Shown here piece by piece: positions 49,236-64,000 of a DNA stretch of 64,000 nucleotides. The notes beneath the pieces were generated by a model that worked only from the letters and a program-made list of their open reading frames with translations, was not told where the DNA came from and searched no databases. Source of the DNA: Salpingoeca rosetta (taxonomy: Eukaryota > Protista > Choanoflagellata); NCBI GenBank assembly GCA_033442325.1, contig JAWQFM010000018.1:698617-762616 (forward strand). The letters run 5' to 3'. The translations under genes were made by a program, and so were the position numbers. Every line of letters begins with the position of its first letter. Position 1 is the stretch's first letter.

Positions 49236-50988
49236 ATTGATCTGATTTGCATCTGCTTTTTGCTTTTGTTTCCTTGCTCGGACATCATGTTTCCGCTTCT
49301 CTTCTGTGGCCCCTCTGGTATTCATTATCTCGACATCTCAAATACACAGCAAAGGCAATAGCCATCACACATCTTCCTCCTCCTTCTCCTCCATCACATC
49401 CCCGTCCCGCCTTGTGTACCCCGTGTCGTTGTGTGTGTTTATCATGTGTCTTTTTTGGTTGTGCACGGTGCCTGATGCAGCCAGAGAGTCTTTTTCAAGT
49501 CCTTCATAAATCCAAACCCACTTTGACTTCATTCTGCTGACGCTGTTTTCTGTTTCCCATTTTTGCGCTTGGCCCGCCAGCATTGCCACGGTTCCCACAT
49601 CCGCGTGATGTCGTATCATCGCTCATGGCGTAGCGCCTGGGTTCATGTCACACGTCACACGTCACAACGTCAGCACGTCATGAAATCATCGTCGTGCCTC
49701 GCTTTCAAAGTTCAGGGCAGCGGCGCACGAAAGCTTTCGCACCCTGGGTCGATTTTTTCCGCGCCAACCTAACAAAAATTTGCGGGTGCGTTGAATCAAT
49801 GCATGATATAGCCAATCGTCTTTGGGTTACAAAAATCTTCCACAATTTTCCTCCTCCCCTTTGTCTTTGATCTTGCTTCCCTCCTGCCTCTTGCCCACAC
49901 AACGAACACAAAAAGGCCACAAACCACAACCAACCACACAACACAACGAACGTCCTCGCAGCCCGCCTCCTGTCCATGCACATTCTCCGCGCTTTCTTGA
50001 TTTTGTGTGTGTGGACTGCTCTCTTGCTCTCTTGGTTGCTTTGCTCGACAGCGCACAAGCCCGCACACGAGCCCGCTCGTTGTGAACCTTGCTTTTTCGC
50101 TGCCTCGCCGTGTGAAACCTCGCTGTGGCCTGCTTGTTGCCTCACAGCAAGGCCAACAAAGCCCGCTCTTCTCCTTCTCACCGCGCTGGTCGACAGGCAA
50201 ACGGGCAAAGCGGCAAGCTCCTTTCTTCCCCACCGGAACCGCCTCAGCCCTCCTTGTGTAAGTCAATCGCGGACAGCGAGCGAGGGTGAGATGACGGCAG
50301 TTGACGAGTCGATGAGGATACACGCTTCCTTGTCTGTGTGTCTGTGTTTGCGTCCGTGCCTGCCTTTTGCTGAGCTGCTGGGTTGGCTTGAATCCTTGAA
50401 GCCGCAGCTCCCGCAGCCCCTGCTAGCTGCGCCCGTGTGATCATTCATTCTCCGCGACAGCATGGGGGCATCAGAGAGCACTTTGACTGTTTGTTTTCAA
50501 CTTCTTGTGTCGATGTGTTGACCCTACGTCAGCTCTCAATTCAGAGCTTGCGTGTTCCGCTGTCTCATCCTGATGCTAGTGATGCTCTCCGTGCGGTTCC
50601 ATCTCCCCACCAGCACCACCACCACGCACTCAAATTCGCACACGCATACACACACACACAAACTCGCACACGGCGACTTCATACATGAAGTACATGAAGC
50701 TGTCTTTCCAGCAGCACACAGCACATAGGACATGCCACACAGCGCACTGCACACTGCACACAACCTCCACCACCAAACGCAGCACAACTTCACACACACA
50801 CACACAGAGCACGTTCGCAGCCTATTCAATTCCATCCCCTCCCCTGGCTCGACAGTTTAATGAATTTATGCCTCTGTGTCAATGACTTGCAACTCACACA
50901 CAAACACACCACCTCCCTGCTGCCTTTTCCCTCCTCCTCCTTCCTCCTGTTCAACTCGTTCCATCCATCACCCGTTGTCTCCAGGTTC

Positions 50989-52089
50989 ATGACCATGACG
51001 CCCTCCGACAAAGCGGGGAAGAAGAAGACACAGCGCAAGTCGCTGCCCGAAGATGATGAAGGACGCGCTGGTTCTGAACGCCGAAGCAAGCAGCACAAGG
51101 ATTCCCCGCGGCAACCGCCCAGCACTTCTTCTGTGCCTGCAAGCGTACGAGGCCGCGCTTCCTCGGCGGAGTCAAGAATAATTCGGCCAACGCCCAGGTC
51201 ATGCGACACGAGCTCAACAGCAGCAGACGCGGCGTCGAAAAAGCAGGTGCACGAGGGCTCGCTCTTCTGCCTGTATCCGGAGCTCGGCGAGGAGACGTTG
51301 GCAAAGGCAGCTCAGAGCAATCAGGACTTGATGCATCTCTTGCGCCCCGTCGTGAACGGAGACCCGCTACCGAAGAAGACAACCAAAGGCAGGGCCAAAT
51401 CCACAGCAACGTCATCCTCCTCGGCCAGCACCAAAGCGGAACGGCAAGACGACGCCGGCGTCAGTAAAACGTCACAACCTGCACGTCACACGCGCCACAA
51501 CCCCGCAAGTTCCCGCCCACCATCCGCGAGAAGCCACCGTCGCCGAGGCAGCTCTGCCTCGAGCAGCTCTGACATTCGCGGCGTCCCAGCTCCTGCCATG
51601 GAGGTGAGGCGTGACAGTGCCATGGACACGGGCGTGGACACGGATGACGACGCGGACAGGCGCTCCTCGAGACGCCTACGCACGCAAGCTTCCGCCAAGG
51701 CCAAGCCGGAGCGAACTCGCGGCCCGAGCAAGCAGCAGCTAACGCAACAGCCATCTCCCCGGGAGCCGGACAGCACGCGGGTGCCGCAAGAAGACGTGGA
51801 ACAGACCAAGAAACCAGATGGTCTTCGACAGCAGCGAACACCGCACAGTGTAGTGTTGGACGTTACACCGCTCCGTGGTGGCGGCGGACGCACCACCGGG
51901 GGGAGTGACGTTGTCGGTGGCGACGATGGTGAACACGGCGGCGGCCCGTCGTCCCCCGTTTTGCACTCGCCAATGAGTGCCGGCACGATAGTGGGTAGCT
52001 CGAAGGGTGCAACAGCCTCCGCCGCAATGTCTGCCGCCGGCCGAGCTGCTGTGTCAACAAGCCGCGGCGCCTCTCAAAACCCATCACCC

Positions 52090-52126
<37 letters not shown>

Positions 52127-53904
52127 GCGCAACAAATACGCCAGCACATTTTGCATCCTCCTCACCTTCACGGCAGCCACCGCCGCCACCAGCAGCCCCT
52201 ACTACGTCTCGGCCAAATCCCACAGAATTGACGGAAGTATCAGCTGCCGAATCCAAGCAGGCTCCACACTCAACTGGCACCAAGAAGAGCGATGCCAAGC
52301 CGTCAACGTCAGTACCACCGACGTCGACATTGGCGTCAACCGACTCTGTTGACAAGCCAGCAAAGCCGCCCACCCCGGAGCCTCTGCCGCACGCGAGAGA
52401 CCTTGTGGGCCGCCTGCTGGTGGTGGACACGCTGGAGAAGGACATACTGCGAGCGGTTGTGCTCCGGGCCTTCGGTGCACGCAACGTCATTGTGCAATAT
52501 GAGGACACCGCAAAGGAGAAAATGAGCGTGGCAGAGGCGCTGGCCCTTCAAGCACCATCTGGCGAAACCGTCGCCAGCCCGACGGCTTGGATCAAGCAGG
52601 CGATACAGGAGTACAAGGATCGTCGCCAGCGGGAAGAGACGGAGCGCCGCGAGATTGGTCCAAGCAACATCGTTTCCGGAAGACGTGAGCGGGCCAAGCC
52701 AAAGCCTGACTCGGCCGAATCGACGGCCGACAAGTCCAGCGCTGCTGACAACAAGCGCCCAAAAGTGCGACGAGGCAACAAGAAGGAAAGAAGACAGTCT
52801 GGCAATTCCTCGGGGTAAGTACCTAGTCCGCCAAGACTCTTGTCTGCTTTTTGAGTGCCGGATGCTGCCACGCTATGCGTGTTTGTGTGAGTGTCTTCTC
52901 CACGCAGTACTCACCACCAGCTGCCTCTTTCACTATGCACGCGCGTGTGCGTGTGTGTGCGTGTGTGCGTGCACACCACATTATTGGTTTCCGTTCCTCT
53001 TATCCGTGTCTTTCTTTGAATTTTTCTTTGAAAGGGTGATATTGCGCCACGTCGACAGGGCCCGGATCAACGACGTGGACGTGTGCATTGGCTCATTCAT
53101 TGTTGTTGCCAGGGCGCGGGCGATGCGAATTCACGAGATATTGGGCATGTTTGACTACGCCAGCGTCATTGTGTTTGCACTCTCATCATATGTGCTGAAC
53201 CCACGCGATAAGCGCGTGAGTCTTGGCGGCAGCCATTCCAGTGCAGCATATGCACTCGATGTTGTGTTTCAATTTGCGTTAGATGTTGTCGTGCACGCTT
53301 TGGACATTTGCATGCGCTATGTGTGGGAAGCGGTGTTCAGTGTTCGTGGCATGGTTGCGAAACATATTTTCGTTTTTGTTTGTGTGTGTGTGTGTGGGGG
53401 GGGGGATGGGTGTGTCTTTGTGAATCTGTTTGTCTTTGTGCGCGTGTCTGTGTGTGTCTGCGTGTATGTAAATCTGTGTGTGTGTGTGTGTGTGTGTGCA
53501 ACTGTGTTGTGTCAATCTATGCGTGTATGTGCAACTGCGTTGTGTGCGTGCACGTGTGCGCTGTGATTTTTGTCAGCACAGTTTGTTGTATCCTCATTCA
53601 AGCTGTTGGTTGCTGTTGGCAGGAGCTGCTTCCAGTACCCAAAACCCTTGAGTTTCTGGCGCTGGACCCGCGTGATGTGGTCGGCCGGCTGGATGTTGTC
53701 TCGTTCTACGGGTATTGTGCGCAGTGGGCGAAGATCAAGGCGCAGCAAGAGCTGGGAAGACACGTTGACACCTCGTACATGGATCACGTCCGGTTCTTGC
53801 GAGTACCCAACGAGAATAAGTCCAATGCGGAATTCCTGGGGAAGTCGACGGACGACATTGCCAAGGCTTGCGCTAGGGCGTTTCGTCAGGCCGTGAGGGA
53901 CTGA
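50989..53904 (+). CDS. Low-complexity nuclear protein with Tudor-like segment and C-terminal BAH-like domain
   Basis: Long S/T/P/Q/R-rich exon with LVGRLLVV..RAVVLRAFGARNVIVQYED. Downstream exons INDVDVCIGSFIVV..IHEILGMF..|ELL..VVGRLDVVSF resemble the BAH consensus. An upstream exon is possible. Confidence 0.6.
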
Positions 53905-54679
53905 GACGCGCAGAGGCACGCGTTGCTACGACAACAAGTACTGAGCTCCGTTGGTTACGGCAACTCGACTCGATTCATGCATGAGCCTGGGCTGGTGTGC
54001 ACGCGCACACCTACCCATCCTAACTATTCTATAACAGGGTGTACACTGCGTGTGTGTGTTGGGGGGGGGGGGGGCGACTGGAAGTGGCCATGATGTGACT
54101 CCGCGTTGTTGTTGCCATGGTTTTTTTTTGTTTTTTTTTGTTGGAAGGTGTTTTTATTTGTGGTGGATTTGTCGATTGTTGTGTGTGAGCAGGTTGAGTG
54201 ATGAGTGATGTGTGTTTATGTGTGTGTGCGAATTATTTTGGCGACTCTAAACGACTTTGGATGGACGAAAACGCGAAGATGTGACAGAAACAGCAAAGGA
54301 ACAGCAGAAATGAACGTTTCAGTGTATTATAATATGTGATTTGGAGCGGGCCTGTCGAGGACGCTGAGTCACTTGAATACTCAGGAGCAAGATACGAAAC
54401 AACAGCGGAGGGACCCATCACAAGCAATGTTGTGAATGAACCATGTCGCAACTGTCATCCTCATCCTCATCAACGCCGAGAAGCCCAGAAGCAAGCACTC
54501 GTAAAGATCCAGGGCCAAAGATCCATCATCGGCTGTCTGAGACACCATAAGTTTTCCATTTTGGTGGGTCGTACCTGCTTGACACTCGCGCCTCGCCACA
54601 CTGACGCTTTTTTGGGCAGCAAACCAAACCCCGAAATTTTCGCTGATGTCAGCATTATTAATTCCCAGAGCAGACGACG

Positions 54680-57943
<3,264 letters not shown>

Positions 57944-58177
57944 TGTACTTGCCTGCGCGCACGTGTATGTATGTGTGTGCTGCATGCACATGCGTGCGGA
58001 TGGGTGGTGTAGTAGCTGAACCAGAGAGTGTTTTAAGTAAAGCAAAGCGATCCATGAACACGGAGGAGGAGGAAAGAACAAACGAGGAGGACAAGAAAGT
58101 GAGGAGGAGGAGAGCAAACAAACCCACGTGACAACAATTAATCAAGGGGGAACACGCTACCAAACACAATCAGCAAG

Positions 58178-58238
58178 ATGTTCTACCTCGTTGGACTTGG
58201 CCTTCAGAATGAGAAGGTGGGCTTGTGTGAGACGGCAG

Positions 58239-58296
<58 letters not shown>

Positions 58297-58342
58297 GGTG
58301 TGTGTGTGTGTGTGTGTCGGTGTGTGTGTCGGTGTGTGTGTC

Positions 58343-58384
<42 letters not shown>

Positions 58385-58847
58385 GGTGTGTGTGTCGGTG
58401 TGTGTGTCGGTGTGTGTCGGTGTGTGTGTGTGTGTGCTCACGTGATGTTTGTTCGCGCGCGGGCGTGTATGCAGGATATCACCGTGCGCGGCCTGGAGAT
58501 TGTGAAGAAGTGCACCCGGGTGTACTTGGAAGCATACACAGCCATCCTGATGGTGGACGCGCAGAAGCTGGTACACCTGATGTGTATGTGTGTGTTTGTT
58601 GTGTGCGTTGTGCGTTGGTTTGGTTGTGCGTTGAGCTTCCAGCTGCCATGTGTTCATCTCTAACAACGTGTGTTTGCCAACTTGCTGCGCATGTACTCAT
58701 GTTGCTGTCTCGTGTTTGATGCGCATGCACACCGATCAGGAGGCCTTCTATGAGCGCCCCGTCATTGTTGCGGATCGCGAGATGGTGGAGCAGCAGTGCG
58801 AGGACCTGTTCCTCACGCCCGCAAAGGTAAATCACTGTGTGTGTGTG

Positions 58848-58909
<62 letters not shown>

Positions 58910-58931
58910 GTGTGTGCGTGTGTGTGTGTGC

Positions 58932-58975
<44 letters not shown>

Positions 58976-59218
58976 TCCTCCTCCTCCTCCTCTCTCTGTC
59001 TCTGTCTCTGTCTCTCACTGCGTGCGTGTAAGTGCCTGTGCACCTATGTTTCATGTCAACGTTGTTGCTCATCTTGTGTGTTTCCCACAAACGCACGCGC
59101 GCACATCCTCCTCTCGGATGTCGTCACATACAGGAGGAGGACATTGCGCTGTTGGTGGTTGGCGATCCTTTCGCCGCCACAACGCACACAGATCTCGTCA
59201 CACGCTGCAAGCAGCTCG

Positions 59219-59281
<63 letters not shown>

Positions 59282-60594
59282 GTGGTGGTGGTGTGTGTCG
59301 ACGTCGTCGTCGTCGTTGTTGTCGTCGATGTTGTTGTTGAAGTCGTGGCGGTAGCAGCACGATTGATGCCTGTATCTCTGCACACGTCTGCAGGTCCCAT
59401 TTGGGGTTGTCCACAACGCCTCCATCATGAACGCGATTGGCTGCTGTGGTCTCCAGCTCTACAACTTTGGAAAGACGGTGCGTATTGTGGTGTGTGTGTA
59501 TGTGTGTATGTGTGTATGTGTGTGGAGTGTGTGTGTGTATGTGTGTATGTGTGTGAGTGTGTGTATGTGTGAGTGAGTGAGAGATTGTGTGAAGAGTCTT
59601 GTGCTTGAGCACCTCCGCTGCTCACATGCAATCACGCTGCCACGCGTGGTGCAGGTGAGCATTGTGTTCTTCACGGAGAACTGGCGGCCGGATTCCTTCT
59701 ACGACAAGATCAAGGCCAACAAGGACCTCGGCATGCACACCCTCTGCCTCCTCGGTGCGTTGTGCGTGGAAGCTGGTGTTGGTGTTGTGGCTGTTGTTGG
59801 TGATGTTGATGGCTGCTGCTGCGGCGGTGGTGGTGTTGGTGTTGTGGGCGTTTGCAGTCGACGTGCTGGTAGTCGTTGTAGTTGTCGTGTGTGTGTGTAT
59901 TGTACACGATGAAGGAGAGCCTGTTGCTTCCATGTGGTCACGCGACCAACCGCCGGCACACGCGTGCCATCACGCCCTCAGACATCAAGGTGAAGGAGCA
60001 GAGCATTGAGAACTTGATGAAGGGGCGCAAGGTGTATGAGCCTCCTCGCTACATGTCCGTCAACCAGGTGCGCACGGATATGCTCGCATGTATGTGTGTG
60101 TCTGTGTGTGTGTCTGTGTTTCTGCGTGCTGCTGTGTGTGTCTGTGTTTCTGCGTGCTGCTGTGTGTGTGTGTGTGTGTTTCTGTGTGTTTCTGCGTGCT
60201 GCTGTGTGTGTGTATGTGTGCGTGTGTTTTGTGTGTGTTTTGTGTGTGTATCTCTGTGTGCATATATTTGTTTGTGTTCATGTGCTTCTGTCGTTGTGTT
60301 TTCCTTGTTTTCGCTCCCTGTCTCTGTTTGCGTGAGTAGCTGCGCGCGCGCGTGCGCGCGCGTGTGTGTGTGTGCGTGACATGCACAGCGGCGAGAATGG
60401 CGTTGTCGAACGCCGGCAGCTGCCGCACAGTTGTCATCAAAGATACTGTTCGGCAACCCCTCACGTGTCTTTCTTCCACCAATGTGTACCCTGTGCAGTG
60501 CGCAGAGCAGCTGATGGAGGTCGAGGAGAAGCGCCAGCTCGGTGGGTAATGTAACTCGACACACACAACATGTTGTGCCACTCCCCCCCCCCAT

Positions 60595-60632
<38 letters not shown>

Positions 60633-60826
60633 TGCCATCTGACACAATATCATGTCACATGTGTGTGTGTGTGTGTGTGTGTGGTCTTGCACCCATGCTT
60701 TCGAACCACCCCTTGCTCACTTCCTTCCTTGCACCTGCAGGCGTGTGCGGGCCAGATGCGCTTGCTGTTGGCGTGGCGCGTGTTGGATGCGAGGACCAGG
60801 TCGTTGTCTGCGGCACTCTCGTGGAG
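58178..60826 (+). CDS. DPH5: Diphthine methyl ester synthase; 3' end lost in N gap (60841-61463)
   Basis: [89 protein letters not shown]. Confidence 0.95.
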
Positions 60827-61472
60827 GTGCGCGGGCGAGANNNNNNNNNNNNNNNNNNNNNNNNNNNNNNNNNNNNNNNNNNNNNNNNNNNNNNNNNNNN
60901 NNNNNNNNNNNNNNNNNNNNNNNNNNNNNNNNNNNNNNNNNNNNNNNNNNNNNNNNNNNNNNNNNNNNNNNNNNNNNNNNNNNNNNNNNNNNNNNNNNNN
61001 NNNNNNNNNNNNNNNNNNNNNNNNNNNNNNNNNNNNNNNNNNNNNNNNNNNNNNNNNNNNNNNNNNNNNNNNNNNNNNNNNNNNNNNNNNNNNNNNNNNN
61101 NNNNNNNNNNNNNNNNNNNNNNNNNNNNNNNNNNNNNNNNNNNNNNNNNNNNNNNNNNNNNNNNNNNNNNNNNNNNNNNNNNNNNNNNNNNNNNNNNNNN
61201 NNNNNNNNNNNNNNNNNNNNNNNNNNNNNNNNNNNNNNNNNNNNNNNNNNNNNNNNNNNNNNNNNNNNNNNNNNNNNNNNNNNNNNNNNNNNNNNNNNNN
61301 NNNNNNNNNNNNNNNNNNNNNNNNNNNNNNNNNNNNNNNNNNNNNNNNNNNNNNNNNNNNNNNNNNNNNNNNNNNNNNNNNNNNNNNNNNNNNNNNNNNN
61401 NNNNNNNNNNNNNNNNNNNNNNNNNNNNNNNNNNNNNNNNNNNNNNNNNNNNNNNNNNNNNNNGACGACGAC

Positions 61473-61558
<86 letters not shown>

Positions 61559-64000
61559 TCCGGACCTGCTCGTCAACCGTTCACAACATCACAAAACATA
61601 GCCACACAAAGTCATGTTGAGCGCGTTTGGTCGGTGCCAGCGGTTGCTTTGTGTGAAGTTTTACACAAATATTCCGTTTGCCCCATGCATGTCTAATTCG
61701 GTGCATCGTTTGGGTTCATTGTTGTTCGTTTTTCGTTCGTTTTTCGTTCGTTTTTCGTTCGTGTTTGCGTTCAGGGGTTGCCCCGTTGACCCCTTCGACG
61801 TAGTTGGACACCAGCCAGCCAGCCTACCGCGGTTTGACGTACCAAACCTTCGGATTGCTTCTGCTTGTCGTTCTGCTTTCCTTTGTTGCTTGCGCACAAC
61901 CATAATTTTCTCCCTTTGTTTTTTCTTGCTTGCGTTGCACTTCACCTGTCATTCGCCACCGGGTACGGTTGTTTTGTGCCCCGGTTTGTGACCACATGCG
62001 CGTGCATACGGTCCATGTTCAAAGCACCTTCGCCACCGCCGAAGGCACAACAGGGTCGAATGCTTGCGTGTACGTCGGTGGTAATTTCTCATGCGATCAG
62101 CCACCCCACAACTTCAAGCGTCAGTCACGCCGCAAGCAAGCAAGCAAGCAAAAGCAAGTTGTGTGATTTGAGAAAAGCAACACTTTGTTGTTGTGAGACC
62201 CAACCTCATACACACACATGCATGTGAGCTTTCATTTTTCTTGCTGATGCATTTATCTCATCCACCCATCCACACCACACAGGTGGGTCAGGGTTTGGGT
62301 GCTGTTTTGTTGCTCTCCTTTTCCTTTCCTTTCTGTTCTGCTCTTTCTTGCTTGCTTTCTTGCCGATGCTTGCTTGCTTGCTTGCTGATGGTGGGTTTTG
62401 TTGTGTGCCTGTCCTTCAGGTTTGTGTGTCACACACATCATCGCATGTCACAACAAGCCAATACAATAGCCAAGCCATCGTTCCAGCGGTGCGTTTTGTC
62501 GCACAAACACCTGCTCGCACCACTGCCCGCACCACTTGGTGAAAGCCAAACGAGTTCCATTTCACGCTTGCCAAGTCATGGTGCCGTTTTGTTTTCTGGT
62601 TTCTTTTGCCTCTTGACCCAAGCTCCTCTTGCTCACATCACCCCCATCATCCATCCCAGCGTCCATCCTCACACCCGATCCATTTCGTTTTCTTGATCCA
62701 GCCGATCCAGCTCCAAAACAGCAACCCAAGGACACCCGCCCATCCCCGACAGATCGCAGACACGCATACGTCGTTTCTTTCCCACCCACAACACGCAGGT
62801 GAGCGAGCCTTTGTTGGCTGTTTTCGTTTGTTAACGTTCGCTGTTTGTTTGTTTACCCCCCTTGTTCCTTCCCCCGTGCGTGCGTGCGTGCGTGCGTGCG
62901 TGTGCGTGCGTGCGTGCGTGTGTGCGTGTTTCGATACGTGGCGCGCATCGTGCATTGCTCCCGACCCAAGTGGCATCGGGGTCGCTCGCAATACCCTCCC
63001 CACTCTTCCTCTGTGTGTTTGTGTGCCTCCCCACCTTTCTCTCTCGCTCTCCCACACACACACACACAACCAAGACCACACCAGCACTTGCTTCTGCTGT
63101 TCTGTGCTTTTTCTGTGCTTCGGTACGTCCCTTGGTTGTGTGCTGTTGTGTGCTGTGGTGGGCATTGCTTCTGTCCACCTCTTCAGCACGATCCCTGCAC
63201 ACACACGTTCCTTTCTTGCTGTGACGCGGTTCCCACACGAGCACACCACAACCAACCGCCAGCCAGCATGTGTGTGTGTGTGTGTGCTTCACTTTCTGCG
63301 ACCCCTGATTCCAACCTCCCTTCCCAACCAGCCAACCAATCAACCCACTTCTGCTCTGCGCACTCCTTGCTGAGTTGCCGTGCAATCGGTTGTGCACTCC
63401 TCCTCCCATCCCAACCCACCCACCACCGCTTCCTTTCTTTGTCTTCTTCCTTCGCATGCACTTCTGTTTCGTGTGGTGAGAGTTTGCTTGGTGTGTGGCC
63501 TGTCCTGGCCTTGTGACTTGCGTTGGTCGCGCGCATTGGTTGCGGCCGCCCCTGTGCATGGCCTGCATGGCACACGCGCTTTTCATGTGACACACGCGCT
63601 TTTCATGTGACACACGCGCACGCACACACGCACAACTAGTTGTTGTTGTTGCACGCCACGCTTCTTGCCGCCACACACCACTTGTTTGTGTTGCTCGTGC
63701 CACACGTATCATCGGGCTGCATTCTGTTTTGTTCCCTTGTTTTCAAAACCATCGCATCCACGACGCAATTCGCTCTCACCACACCCATCCCGAGCAATCA
63801 TCTGCGCACCAACTCACCGACCCCCCCCCCTCCTCTCTCTCTCAAATACTCCTTTCCTCTCTCTCCTTTTCTCCCCGTGTCATCTTGGCTCATGCATGCA
63901 TGACGTTCGGCCGTCGTGTGTCACCGTTGCATTTTTTTCCCTTTTCGCCCTCCATCCAACCCCTCATCTGCAAGATAACTTGGCAGGCATCTGGCGACCC

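Noticed and set aside
61464-64000. Coding genes after the N gap
   Set aside because: No recognisable motifs; looks like intron, UTR or promoter sequence.

Overview
Eukaryotic genomic DNA, intron-rich and full of (GT)n/(CA)n microsatellites. The style resembles a choanoflagellate such as Salpingoeca, which is an inference only. Host genes are a secreted hypothetical protein, a PDZ protein, a large secreted FG-GAP/mucin-linker protein, an MmpL/RND transporter, an ANKH homolog, ISCA1, a TPR protein, a Tudor/BAH-like protein, TFIIE-alpha and DPH5 (which runs into an N gap). The standout is a 10.2-kb composite mobile element at 19747-29966. It is an intronless DNA transposon with perfect 30-bp TIRs and a 6-bp AAGATG target-site duplication. 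It carries an accessory Zn-finger ORF and a large P-element-like DDE transposase, 1358 aa once reconstructed. The transposase has a BED-like finger, a Cys-rich insert, a long beta-rich insert and a C-terminal Tudor/BAH-like region. It is interrupted by a Ty1/copia retrotransposon (457-bp LTRs, 5-bp GTTGT TSD) whose gag/PBS end is replaced by a duplicated 811-bp piece of the transposase. Exon boundaries of host genes were read by eye and are approximate.
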